Assembly: GCA_051362555.1 (NCBI GenBank)
Contig: CM120640.1
Location: forward strand, 23,918,225-23,982,224
Source of the DNA: Lingula anatina
Lineage: Eukaryota; Animalia; Brachiopoda
Direction of reading: 5' to 3'
Length of the DNA stretch: 64,000 bases
The position numbers were made by a program, and so were the translations under genes. Shown piece after piece: positions 39,301-54,300 of the stretch (its first letter is position 1; each line of letters begins with the position of its first letter). Below the pieces are notes generated by a model. It had not been told where the DNA came from, searched no databases, and saw nothing but the letters and a program-made list of their open reading frames with translations.

Positions 39301-42300
39301 ATCCAGTGTCTGGGCATCATAGTGCTTCTGAGAATCCTTCAGGTGTTCAAATAAATCGGCCTGCTCATTTTTGTCCTGTATTGAGAAAGGATGGTAGTTT
39401 GAAGCAAAAATAATCAAATTTCTCATAACTTTTTGGAAAGACAAAATCATATTGCACAATATGAAATGAAGGTTGATGCACTTGGCTTTTTAACTAAGGG
39501 GAAAGTAAAGGAGGAATACTCAGAATACCCTTAACATCATGGTAGCAACCCATATTTTAGAAAACCATTTGCATATTATTATGATTAAATTTTATTACTA
39601 AAAGATTTTACCTGATCCTGGTCTTCATCCTGGCTATTACTGGAAGGATCCATGGTTTGTAGTCTCCTCTTAAACTTGTCTTCTGTTGACCCCAGACTGC
39701 GCTCTCTGTCACTGTGCCCAGGCTTACGCTGCTCCTGTGAGACAAAAAATTGTATTGCTTATAAAATGTTTTCAAAAAAATAACTAGCACAATTTTCTAA
39801 TTAAATTAATTGCCTCACTTGCTGTACCATTTAGTGAGAGGGAATATGGACGAGAGTGACAAAAGATTAACATGGCAACACACCAACACCATGTAAAATA
39901 TACTTCTAGTCAATCTTCAATTCATGGCAATCAAGTTATTGAACTGCTGGATCCATTTTCACATCTTGTCATTTTTTTACCTGCATTAGCACACACTGAA
40001 AAGAAACAGCTTTATTCACCTTCATATGTTCCCCTGTCCCTCCTTGAGTGACCTTGCTCTGAGTTTGACCTTCATGACCTTGCTCCTCCTGAGACTCTGC
40101 TATGCCAACACCTTCAGTCTAAAAATAAATTGTCAAAAAATTACTTTCAAACCAATTTCCAGAAAAAATCTCTGTAATGAAGTAAAACATTTTTTGATGC
40201 AATAACTGATTTTTATGATTCTTAAAATATCTTAACACCAGAAAATGAATCTTTACACTATGTCAATTAAGCTTTACAATTTTAACAAATCAGTTATTTT
40301 GAATGAACAGTAGTGGCAAGACCTAGGTCTTCTAAATTATGACCCAAACCCATGAAGTTCCCAGAGCTCACCTCTTCTTGCTGATTTTCACCCTGAGCTG
40401 CCTTGTCCTGGGCGGCCTCACTCTGGTCTGTACTCTGCACATGGTGCTCCTTCTTCCCATAAGTCTCTGCTGCCTGCACATTTTGGTCATCTGCTCCCTC
40501 TTCCTCTCCAGCCTTGTCCTCTTCTTCATTCTGCTCAGTACCTAATGGCTCATCCTGAGATAAGATAAGTAGGTTTATGAATTTTCATTTAAACATGAGA
40601 CAAGATAAATTATATTTTGATTGAGAAAAAGGACTGCTCTCATGTGGAATAAAGTAAATTTTGCGACAGAACCATACAAATTACTTACCTAAGATTATTT
40701 ACATGATCTGAAGAAACAGATGAGCATAATTTTAAATAGTAATTCCAATATGGATTGCTGAACTATCAGATTCATTCATTGTCAGTATACCTGTGGTTCC
40801 ATTCCTGGCTGATCATCTGGTCTCCCTTCTTCATCTTTTTCCTCACTCCTTTCACTTTTGGCAATTTCATTTTCTTTTTCTTCTTCCATGCCCTGAAAAG
40901 TGTTTAGTCCTTCAATGCAAAAGCTTGACACAAAGCACTGCTACTCAATAATATTCTAAATAGAGAGGACATATTTTACTATTAGCAATTAAAATAGGCA
41001 GTAACAGCAAACAAATCTTATGATATGCTGACTGACCACATTAAAAAATAATGATCCTCAAATCTATAATAACCCTCCCAAAACTTACTTCCACATTTTC
41101 TTTTTCCTGCTCCAGTTCACTTTTGTTTTCCTGGTCTTCTAGTTTCTCTTCTTTGTCGTCTTCTGTTTCATCTATATCTGTGACTTTATCCAAGTCAAAT
41201 GGATTTTCTTCTGTAATTTAACATCATTAATTTTTAATCTGCTGTAAAAAGCTAACAGGACAAGAGATTCCGTCAATACATGTTCTACAAGTTTTGGAGT
41301 AGGATGAAACAAAGAAATCATCTTATTTTTACTAATTGACATTTAATTACTCCTGTTCATTTTCTCACAATAAATCTGTAATGTTACTTCAGTGTATCAG
41401 ATCAAATGATGTCCTTTAAACATGTAAACATGTATAGGATTTTACTATAACACACTTCAAACCAAACTATTTGAAAATTCTGCTTACTATCATTGCCTCA
41501 ATCAAAATTTCACCATTTTCCCACAGAACTATGAAAGGCTCACCTTCACCTTGAACACCTTCCTTTCCTTCCTCTTCCTCCTCCTCATCCAGTTTGAGAT
41601 CATCTGGCAGATCCATGGGTTCAACATCTGGCTGCTCAGGCTGCTGGCCATGATGGGGGTCCACCTGCTCTTCATCATACTCAGTCTGTAATTGGCACAG
41701 TATGGGTCATCATGAAATGAACATCAACCTCAAATATCAGATTTCCCAACACACTTAGAGACCAACACAAATGAAAAGAAATACAGATTTAAAACAAATA
41801 TGATGCAAGTAGTTTAGTTTACATAAGTCCATTACCATATATATTAGCAACTTCAACACAATCATCACCTCATCAAATTCCTCCATCTTGTGAGGTTCAA
41901 CTTCTTCCTTCTCATCCTGTTCCTCAGCCTTTTCTTTTTCTTTCTCACTGGATTCTGACTTGTCTTGGTTGTCATCCTTGGCAACCAATTCACTTTCTGT
42001 CTCTTTTCCAGCTCCCTCTCCAGATTCTTCCCTATCATTCTACAACAAGGAAACAGTTCATAACTATCTTTCACACACAACAGTTTAAAGCCTATAGTTT
42101 TCTAAGTAACAAACATTTTAGAAACTATACCATATTTATTCTGATCAATCATCTAACTAATCATCTTTCTGCTTAATCATTTTAAATTCGTTAAACCCAA
42201 CATGAAAATCCTGTTTAAAGAAATCACAGACTGAGCAAACACTGCTGTGAATCAAGCACACTAGTGACCATGTTTTACTGACCTCTTCCTTGTCATCATC

Positions 42301-45300
42301 CTCATCATCACTGCCCCAGATCTGTTCATCTAGCTTATCTGCCTCAGGGTTGTCTACATCCCCCATCTCTTTGTCAAGTTCGTTCTCCTCGTTTTCATCT
42401 TCATCAGACTCATTGTCACCCTCTACACATAAAACAAGGATAACAAAACTTTTTAAAATATATTCTCAATTGTGACCACAAACAAGAACCAAGGCCTCAA
42501 ATTTGACTTTAAACACAAATATACCTATCTGGCCATAAGGGTAGCTTTCTATAGCAATACATAATTACACTCTCATCTTCAACTTATTAAAACTAACATG
42601 GTAATTTATTGTGTAATACCTTGGGGTTCCAGATCTTGCAGCTTCCCACCAAATTCCTCAGACATTTCTATTGCATTTTCTTCATTTTTTAAATCTGGTT
42701 CATTTGAAGTATCCTCTTCTTGTTTTTCTTGTCCTTCCTTCTGTGCATCATAAAGCTAGAAATACAGAGAAGGTAGCTATTATAAATGTAAAGTGATAAA
42801 CCACATCCATACTTAATGCAGCTACCTTTTGTTAATATATAAAACTGACTGATGGTAAGCTGCTGACAGATTGAGCAGACTTCTGAAATGTGTGATTCAT
42901 ACCTGGTCTTCAGTTTCAATCTGGTCACTGACATCCTTGACGCCCTCTCCTTCCCCTAGACCACCACCCTCAATGTCTCTGAACTCTGTGGATCCTTCAC
43001 CTTCCATCTCATCTGATAATTCAGGAGGAATGCAAAAACCCTGAAACAAGGTACAAAATCAATACAAATATCCCTCTGCATGCAAAGATGGGAAGCATCC
43101 AGCTACAAACCCACAACACTTATTTTTAAATCAGACATGAGCCTAGGTTAAAAAAAACTCTGAACATTTATAGAATCTCAGACAAGACAAATCTCAGGAA
43201 GCATCAGAATTGAATTTAAAAATGCAGAATTCCACGTTTCCGCAGAAAAACCTCATGTCTGTTAAATTTACATATCATGAAGATAGTTAACAACCTAATT
43301 TGTCACACACATTAACTCAGCTAAAATCAAGGACAAAACAACCAGTTTATGATTTGCACTTTTTTTTGTTTTATTCACCTTCAGAGTCAGCTCAGTGAAC
43401 ACTCCCAGTAGAACAGAGAGTAGTTTGGCTGTGGCTCTGTGAGTGGCAGCCATTTCAGTGACATGATACTGTGCCAGCTTGGTGTACTGGTCCAGTGCTG
43501 GGATACAGAGAGAGAGGAGGTCACACTTGGGGTTCAGCAACTGTGACATTGCTGGGGTGGTCTTGACTTCCATCAGGAGATACTGAACACTGGCGATAAC
43601 CTGTATTAGGAAAATTCATGAAATCAAAATTATCTGCTTAATCTCAGTGTTTTGCTGTTTTATTTTGACTCATTATCTTATCAACGGACCTTACCTTTTA
43701 GATACCACAGAAAAAAAGGAACTATCAGTGAATGAAAATGATACAAGGAGGGAGCAAAAAACAACAGTTATGTATTTCCTAGACTTGCACCTAGGTTCAA
43801 TATTTCTCTGAACATTTATCATGGGACAAAACACTGGGGGGGGTCCCTATTTAGTGATTCCATGGAAAAAAAGCTTATCTGTGTATCAGATGAATGCTAG
43901 AAAAAGAAATCTGACCCACTTCCAACTTACCTTTTCCATTCCAATGTTCTCAACAGCTTTCTCCAACTTTGCTTGAAGTTCTGTCAAATGACCATCTTTC
44001 AAATCAATTCCCTCATCCTCCTCTTCTCTCTCCTCTTCACCCTCCCCCATTGCTTCATTTCCTATTAACTTCACCAGATTTTGCACGCCAAGCAGTATGG
44101 TTGTAATAACATCATTCAACTTAGTTCTAAATGTTCTGATACTATCTTGTATGGTCTCATCTGAGAGCTCTTCCCATGATCTTTCTTTGTTGAGCCAAGC
44201 TGAGTATGCATTGGCTGTGTTTGTGATCTGCTGTATTAAATAGTTCAGTGACCTGTTCAAACTGTTCAAAGCACCACCGGGAGCAGAAAATAATGCAGCT
44301 ACTTCACTCAGGGTTGGCACTAGGGATGACAGTTGCTGAAATGCTGCACTAATTCTATCCACTTTGCCTCTGAAATGTAGTTTAAAAAGCTTTCAGACTG
44401 TTTTTATCACACACCAACAGTCTGTTAAAAAACGTACTTCACTAATACAAAGAGCACTCAAGAGACGATAAAACAGAACTCTACACTGTTTTAATCCATT
44501 AAACATTAAAACCTTAAGTTCATATTTCAGAGGCTAGGATAGTAAGTGTAATTATATAAGCATTATATATAAACCCTACTTACAACGACACCAGCTCAGC
44601 TTTATTTTCTGTCCTTGCTTCTTTCGTCACTTCTTCTATTTTATTTATTATGATCTGTGTAAAAAAAAAAAAAAAAAATGAAAGTCATATTCAACTTTCA
44701 GATCTATAATTTTTTATACTTATTCAGTGGGCCTCTTGATGCATATCTTTATTTAAATACTCTTAATATCTCCAATCATTAATACATAAAAACATGGTAT
44801 TTGAATTATTTTCCCTGAAAGGAGGATTTTTGATCTCACCTGCAGTTTGTCCACGGTTTCAGTCCATGCTCCATCCCCCTTGCACATCAGTGCTATGCCA
44901 GCTAGGTGCTGTGAGGGGAGCACAGAGGGGTAGACAGTGTCCCCAGCACATTTCTCTGGGCAGCAGTGGAGTAGAATATGGACCTGCTGCAAGGTCTCCC
45001 AGGCTGTGATCAACAGGTCATCTAGAGCACCCTGAAAGTGATTTGGTTCAATTCATTTCTATCTTCAGACTGTGCAGTATAAGTTTGTCATAAGTAGAAA
45101 TATTCATATTTTAACTTTCATTTGCATATTATAAAATCTTCACATTTTATATAGCATTTTAACTGTAAGTTATTATGGATAAAAAATCATCCTTTCTACA
45201 CCTTTAATTCCAAATACCAAATTCGATAACAGTGCATGCTTACCACCCAGTGTTCTGCATCCTTTTGGTCTGGTAAAGCAGGTACATGTTCAGGCAGAGG

Positions 45301-48300
45301 ATGTTTGGGCAGGCAAGTAGACAATGTACTGTAAAAGCACCTGCAAGAAGCAATAAGAAGTGTACATCTAGGTTATTTTTTCTTTCTTACCATGATTTTA
45401 TTAAAACAGTTTAAGTCCCTCTGCCTTTTATGGGATTTTTTTTATGGGTTGCCATTATCAACTATAAATTCTATGGATAAGTTTTATCTGTAACTTTTGC
45501 AGTGGTCAAATATAAGACAGTATTAAAAGCAATTTGTGGTTGGTACAAATAATTGGGTGGTTCTATTTCGTGGTTTGGTCATTATCTATTGAGTCATTTT
45601 TTTTTAGGAAATGATAAGTTGGAATGACTTAATTACCATTAATTTTAAAAACAGAAAAAAATAAAATCTTTGAAATCTAAGTAAAGTAATGCTTCCTCTC
45701 ATTTAGTCATGCTTGTTCATTTTTTTAAAAATCAGAAATACTTCAATAACTGACAAACATACAAAAGTGCACCACTCCAGAAGTTCTACATTCAGTCACT
45801 GAGAGTAATGTGAGATTGATCAAAAATGTTGCTCGTTTGTGCCCCCCTCCCCCCCAAAAAACAAAATTGCATTAAACAAAATTTTAGACGTATTAAGTGC
45901 TGAAAATACACAGGGTTAAAACAAACTGTCATCCTCATGAGTATCATTTCAAGTCAGAAATAGAATTACTTCTGATAAGGAAAAACATCCTGTATAATCA
46001 CATCCTAGGTATTTTTCCTCCTCATTTAAAGATCTAAAAACTGGAAAATAGTGAGTAAAAACAATGATAAATTAATTGTTTCCTGTCATGAGTCAGTGTT
46101 GTTGATCATGTGAAGGTGAAGTGAAGGTCATTTGCTGGTTATAAATACTCTGAGCTTCATGCTTAGTGCCCTATTACGCAGTTTTGTTACATGCATAATG
46201 GCAATTGTTGCAATGATGTGCAATTTTGTAATTTGCTCCCTGGCTTTTTTGCTAATGACTGCAAGCAGAAATGAAGCCTTTGGTAAGTACATATGATAAA
46301 AACACAAAGTTGAGTTCTCTTAGCTTAAATTTTGTTCAGTATGGATACTGTAGCACAATTATAACTTACAAGATGTTTTCTGGCAGTATTTTGTAATTTA
46401 AATTTCATTTCCAAAGACTGGATATAATTTAATTGTACTGTTTTTTGATGCAAAAAATTCAACAAACAGTAAGTACCATATAGGCATTAGCAACTTTTTT
46501 TTAGGTTTTTACATCTTTACAAAGTCTTACATTTTAATTAGTTTTTACTTTTTTTTCGAGTAAAATTTTACAAGTGGTTTGTAAAAGTGTCTCGCTCTCT
46601 CTTCAAAAGATATATCTACTGACTTGATAAATTATGAACTTTGACAATGTCTTTATTCAAGAAGTAAAAATCACATTTCTTTTCTTTTGACTGGTAATTT
46701 GAATTTTCATCCAATGCAGGCAACCAGTGTGGTGGCTCTATGTCAGGAAACTGTTATGTAGATCCTCAGAACTGCGAGGGGTGTGACAACAAAGAAGCAG
46801 TTGGCAATAGTTACGTGTGCTGCCCAGGTTGCGCAGAGAAACCCAAAGTGACAACAACAACTTTCCAATTTTTTCACATGCAGTATAGCTTCAACAGTTG
46901 TCAATGCCCAGCTTTAACAAATGAAGTGCAGGTATGTGGCAATATAAGGCTGTAGTTATATTTAAGTCATCACAATAAACTAGGTTCTTCTTAAAAGCAT
47001 ATCACAACATTTAAAAAAGGGTAAATATGAAAATTTTAAATCAATCTGAAATCACTGTTCATTAATTGCGTGTTTTGCCTTCTTTTTGGACTCAAATTAG
47101 ATGTTAATACATTTCTTTAAAAAAGATTATATGGACATCACAATCCGTCCTGTTTAAAAGGATAACAACCGATTCTTTTGGTCATAAATCAGATTTTCCT
47201 GGGGAAAACAACCATTTTCCCATACTTATAATCACTGACGGTAAATGAATCCATTCTGACATTCAAAGTTAGTAAATGTTTTTTTTGTAATAAACTCTTA
47301 AGAGATTATTACTGAGGTATTATGAAGGTCCATGTGGTCTGGTGGGAAGCACAGATTCCAGAATAATTGCAGTAACCACAATTTTGATGGTAAAATGGAG
47401 TTTCTCATATCTGAGTTGTTTACAGTGTTTTATGGTAAAATATATATAAATCTACAAACAGTTGTTATCCCTTTAAACAAACCTGCAGCATGAAATTTTT
47501 TGCTATTGTCAAGTTATGTAACCTTTATAGTAGTGATCCTGCCAGAAAGATTTTATCTGCATGTGATTTCAATGTTGTTTCAGGGTAATTGTGAGCAAGG
47601 TCAAGTATGTTCTGCATCCCTGAGTGCCAAGAGAGCCCAGCTGGATGGAACTGCCATGTGCTGCACCAGCTCTCTGGGAATTCGTGCATTTAGCTTCAAC
47701 AAATATATCAATGGCACCCAGCAAATCACACGTTTTTGTGAATGCATGAATTGCTAAACATATCCTGTCTAATTACTTTCAACTCAAAAACCAACAAATG
47801 ATTCTGAAATCATTTAGTAAAAAACTGAGCTGGATTCTGCTGGAGAAGTGATAAAAAACTTCACATCAGCCACAAGGAAAATCTCAACTTAACTCCTTTT
47901 CAAGGGCTGTTAATTCAGATTACACAACTAACCTTAACTTTACCACCTGTTCAGCTGTATTGGCAAGTGTTGCTCTTTGCTGCTCCAATACTTTCATCAA
48001 GTGTTCAGTGAACCCTTTGCAGCGATCTAAATTTGCAACACCCAATTCCTGCAATGAAGTTTGAAAACAAATTCCACTTGTTTAACTCAGTTCAATTTTG
48101 ACCATCCAACCTAAGAGTAAACCACATAAAACTGGCATTGTGGAGAATGTGAGTTGAATATAACAGAAAAGAAACATATTTGCTTTAAATATCAGGACTT
48201 ACAATATATTCACATATGTTTTATTGCAAAACTGTTTAATAGAGATTCTAAGAAAATCATTGAAATAAGTGATAAACTGGAAACATAATTATCAGCAATT

Positions 48301-51300
48301 AAATTAATGCAAAAATATTACCAGGTGTTTCTTTTTGGTTACTAGTATTCTTTCAACTTGGCTTTAAAACCTACACATAGATATCCCATACCTGAGATGG
48401 AGTCTGCAGAGCAGTATGGAACAAAGCCCTCCTAGCAACACATCTATAAATGTATTTTTGGCAACCTGCCCAACTGAGAACAGTATCCGTATCACAACTA
48501 GAACAAAAACAAGCAAATACATGAGAAAGGTAATGCTTTGCTTGGGATGAATAACAACATGAAGAACTGTTGTGGTTTACCATCTTGTTTTCTATCTACA
48601 TGAAAATTATAGTCTTACATCTTGAGGTTAACCAGAAACCACAAAGACTGACTTCTTGTAACAGAAGAATTTTCCAAAAGAATTTTTTTCTTATTTTTAA
48701 AAATTTTTATTTTGTCTTTTTTTTGGGGGGGGGAGGGGGTTATTTTATTTAAAAATAATAACTACACTCAAAGATGGGCAAGGAGTTGTACTTCATGTTT
48801 GATTTTTCCATCCATTTAAAACTGAAATCCTTCTTCAAAGGAAAAAACCAAAACCTAACCTGCTCTCCACATCATTATCTAAAGCTACATCCAGGTCAAG
48901 AGGTTTGCTGTTCATGACACTGTCAACATCTGCAGGTGTCTGGAGCATGTTCAATCCTCTCCTGTAGGACAAACCTGCCCAAAAAAAAAAAAAAAAAAGA
49001 AACACATCTGAAACCACGTTTAAACCTGTGATTCTGTGAGGATCATCACAAAATGAAAAAAATGTGTAAAACGTGGAATTAGATAATGAGATTAGAATAA
49101 AAGATTTTCCAACATAAACTCTGCAAATTTGCAGTACCTTCTTCTAGAAAAAAATATGAGTACACTTTAACCTTAAATCACATCATTTTGGGAAAAGATA
49201 TCTGTAATATTTTTCACTGTTCATTAAAGCCCCCTTTACACTAGACGGCGTCCTTTCTGCGTCCAGCAGTACGGCCCCATTTGAGAGTTAAAAAATTATA
49301 TTTTACATGCCGACACTTGGCCGATCATTGAGCATTCATTCTGATACAAAATCAATGCTTGTGCCTCCTTATTAAGACCACAGCGATGCAAATTTCATGG
49401 TCGCAGAAAGGACGCAGAAAGGACGCCGTCCAGTGTAAAGGGGGTATAACCAAGCAAACTTAGGGCAATATCTTCCAAATATATTAAATTCATTAATTTT
49501 ATTTTATCTTATTTTTGCAAGTATTTTCCAAGTCTGATTTTTCATCCAAGCAATATTTTATAATACAAAGTCACTTACCAATGGTGGTGAGGTACTTAAA
49601 TAAGTCAGCTAATGCCTTGCGTTTTCTTAGGTTGATGTTTTTGGCTTCCCTTTTTTGTTTCTCTTTATCATCTCCCTGCAAAATATTAACAACATGAAGA
49701 TTAATTTTGATGCATCATTCACATCTTTTCAGAAATTTATATTAAAATAATGAAAATTTTCTCAAATACCAAAGCTGTGAATAAAATTTCTATACTTATC
49801 TTTTCAAGCAACAAATAACAGATGAATATATAAAAAAAGATACAATTTATTGAGTGCACATTCCATGTATTAAATTTACTTTTCCATAAGCTTTTCATTA
49901 TCACCTTTATTACATCCAAAACTTGTAATTCCTGAACAGTGCTGACTATATCACCTGAAAAAGATAAATAAACATGGTCAAATCTCATTTTTCAAAATAT
50001 ACACAGTAACATACCTGCAATATGCTCATATGAAAGATCCCTACTTTTTATATCATACACTTTTTCACATTCTCAACTATAAGTTATCCATGGACTTTAA
50101 AAAAATAAATCCTCAGTTCAAAACAATCAGGGAACACTCGTTCATAAAAGAACTTTTTATCAACATCCTGCCTACCAGTCAACTCATCCACAGCTTGAAC
50201 CATGTCTCCATAGCAACTGCCTCTCATGGTCTTTCTGCACAACTTCCTCATTTTCTGATACATGGCAGGAAGCTTGGAGAACAAGTCTCTATCTTCAGTA
50301 CCACCACTGTCCAAAAGTGAGGCCTCTTTCAGCCAAACCTAAATGGCAAGATAAAAATCTAAACAGTTACTGCTTTTTTCTTCTACCTTTTTCTGATCAA
50401 GTCTTCTATCCTTATCAAGAAAATATCACAATCTGTGCCATGATGTCTCACTTCTGGGGAAAATATTATAAAATTACACTTCAAACTCACAATTTACAGC
50501 TGCATGTGTCAACAATTTTGAAACAAAAACCACAATTAGTACATACCTTCAAAGTATCATCTGATATAAAGTGGTTTATAATGGGTTTCCTAACCACATC
50601 TGAGGGTGTCGTCTGCTCAACACTATCAGCAGTGTCAGTTAACAACAGTCTCACTGGCTGGTGGACTACAGTCTGAAAATGATGCCAAATGTCACCTTTA
50701 ATTTGGTTTATCAATCAGAAGGTTTTCAATTGTGTATACAATATAAATAAAATTACCAGAAAGATTAAAAAAAAAATATATTAGAAAAATTTGAAGGTTG
50801 CCAACCTCAAATTGTTTCCTGTATTTATGCAGAGTCCTGTGAGTCTTCTCTGCTGCCTGCTTCATTGCCCAAAAGTTGCTGTCATTCCATCTAGCAATCT
50901 TAACAAAACCCTGAAAAATACAGTAACAATAAAAAAAGTTTGGTGTTTTACTTTCTGACATCTTGAAGTTTCCAAGAACGTATCGAAAATGAGCATTAGC
51001 ATTATGAACATCATTTGAAACTATTTATAGCAACTGCTGAGAAGTTTTTATCCTATTTTCAACTCTTTGTTAGTAATAACATGACACATACCTTGAGGTC
51101 TCTCTCAATAGGAGCCCTGAGCTGAGCCAGATGTCTTTCCACATTAGGCAAGAATTGAGAGTAATACTGGTATACATTCCACAGCAGATTTAACACAAGC
51201 TCTATAATAAAAATCCATAAGTAAATATGGACCCGATTTTTACTTTCATGTCAAGCAAATTTATTATTATATGGCAACAGATTAATTTGCAATAAATTTA

Positions 51301-54300
51301 TCTTAAAGACCTATTAATATATGTTCAAAACAAACATGCACTTAGTTTAGTTCAGAATCTGGTAGGATTTCATTCTAACATTCGATAACAAAAGCAATTT
51401 CAGTATATAAGTGTCTTGAGTTTTTAAGCAAAATATAGGGCAATCATATCTGCTCCACCTTGCTGAGGAGTTCTGTCCATGTTAGCAACCTGGCAATGGA
51501 AGGCATACAACAGGTTCAACTTGGCCTTGTAATCTCCAAGAATGCCTGATTCCAGGAACTGCTGCAGTGACTTTTGAAACTCAAATCCATCTTCTGTGCT
51601 TTGTTTCTAAAAATATTACAAATATAATCATTTTTCATAAAATGTGCTCAATGTGTCAACCCCTATTTAATATGAAAATTTCTGCATCTGAGAAATAAAA
51701 AATGTTAAATACAGGCCTGTATTCTAGAAATCATATATGATATAAAAATAATTAACTGTTTTATAAAAAAGAAAAGGAAAAAGAGCAATCAAGCTAGAGC
51801 AATTACACTACCTCTTCATCAGGACTCAGGAAGGCTTCAATAAGCTGGTAAACGTGAAACCACCATCTTGATGTCTTCTCCTCTACTTTCCACATCACTG
51901 TATGCAGGCAAGAACTCCAACATCTAAAACAAGATAAAAAAACCACTGAAAGTTTTAAACTATTAAAACAAGTAAAAAAATTAACAGAGATCTGAAAAAA
52001 TCTTAAACATGTAATCAAATACTTGATAAAATTTCTATTTCATTAAAAGAAACAACAGAAAACAATCTAAATTTTACTTCAACTCCAGTTTCCTCCATTG
52101 TATGACAAGAGCTGTGACCTCTTCAATATGGCTTATCAGCGAAACATGGCGGGCTGCATTGGACTCCCACTCCTATAAACAGAGACAAATATTAATACAC
52201 CAGTTACTGGGAGAGAATACTGTGTCATCTATTCAGATCTCACAATAGAAATGGAACAATTATGCTGAACCGGTCCCCCTTTCCACCTACAAAAACACTT
52301 CTACTTGCCTGTGCTTTCTGCAACAAGACTTCCAGTCCAGTTACAAACTTCATCAGAGCACTGGTGACAGGGAAGGACAGTAGCCGGTCTATGACCAGCA
52401 GGATCTGAAAAAGTACAGTCACACCCGTAGTGTCCAGTAGCAGTGTATCTTAATAACCTGCCTCTTAATTGTCTACCTAATAAGGTACAATAGGTTAAAA
52501 CGTGTATAGTGTAACTTTGTATCAACTAGAAAAAATGACAATGTCATCAAGTACTATGAAAGATCTGGACAGGTAGCAAGAACCAGAACCATTCACAAGG
52601 AGAAGCTTTAATACTTTTGGGCTTGACTGAGACAAAAAATACCTGTTTCAGTGTTGGATGGTCAGGCCAGTCCTTCAGCAGTGCTTTAACTCCAGCAGTA
52701 AACCTCTCTAGTACAGGCCTGCACTGGATGACCTCTGGGACATTAGAGTCGTGATAGATATCATACGGTTTGTCAGCCCTGCTCACTAGTGGGTCTGCTT
52801 CCTGTAAGAACGATGAAATCCTGTAGAAAAACTTCTAAAAGTATGTTCAGTAATATACATCGAGCTTCTGTTTGGTACATGAAGATCTAATACAATTCGG
52901 GACGAAAAAGCAAGTGCTTACCATGAGAGAATCACCCTTAATTGTGGTTTGAAGATGACCACTGGCAAGTAAATGGGCTCCAATGAGATTCTGGTCAATA
53001 CTGCCATCTGAAAATGAGTCAGATGCATTGTAAAATTCTAAAACTTCTTTTTTAGTAAACAAAATCATATACAAGTTACATATATGTCATCAATTATCTT
53101 GTACTGTTTCCAAAACAAAATAGCATAAAATAAAACTTCCTCTTTCAAGATACTAAAGATAATGTCTTTATAAAATGCACAAAAACATAAACAAGTAGAC
53201 CACTCACCCAAGGCTTTGCTGCTACTACAACACAGATCCTTAGCTGCTCTATAACCAGGCAACATGGCATCCACATAATTCACACTTTTCCTAGCATCTT
53301 TACGACGGTCAGGTAACCAGTCAGTAGTGGTGAGAGTGGAGAACAAATAACTATGTAGTCTGCAGATTTCAGCCATTTCCTGCTCAGTGAGAGTTGTGTC
53401 AGTCACACCTGTGCTGTCAGCTTCATCAGATGGCTGCTGGGATGTTTCCGGCTCCAGTTTACTTTCCAGAGTGAACCCAATACTGATGTCTTCAAAATCC
53501 TAAAATATGATTATGATAAAAGTAGAGCTAGGTGTAATTCATGCTTCAATTTGCAAACATTTGGGTTTTAACTGTGACTGTAACACATATTCTATGATAA
53601 ATATCAGATGCATTTATGAATTAGTGCATTGATGGTCAAAAGTACAGTAATTTAGAAACAATCCTCAAAAATATAATATAAATCAACATAAAACACACCC
53701 AAAAACTGAACTCTTCATCATGATACTTACCTTATCAAACTGAGGGAATGACTGCTTAAAGTCCAGTTCTTCTCTCTCTTCCTCCGTCAGTTCATCACCA
53801 TGAGATGTGGGCTTATACCTGTAAAGACTTGCTTCTTCCAGTTCCTTCTGTTTCTTTCTCTCTTCTGCTTCTCTCCATGATGTTACAAAATGGTGGAGAA
53901 CCTTGGACAGTGTGTACAGTACTTTGCTGTCCAGCCGTCCAGACACCAAGGCATAGTTTTGAAGATGTAGCAAACAGCACTTCAGTAAGCTGATTAGAAT
54001 AATAAAACAAACATTGGTTTGTACAGACGTAATTTAACATATTCAAGTAAGAATGCAACTCTCATTTCTTCATTATGACCTTGGGTATATTCTCATCAAG
54101 TCTTGTAACTAATCAAGTGAACAGAAGTGTAGTTTGATTTGGAATAATTTTGATACATTCTAATCAAAGAATAAATGTCACAAGCTGGATTTAATCTAAA
54201 GATTTAACAATTCAACATACAACCATGTCTTCAACTTACTTAGCCTGGAGACTAAGGTTAGAAGCAAATTTATCATCAGTTGACCTATTTGACAGTGTCT

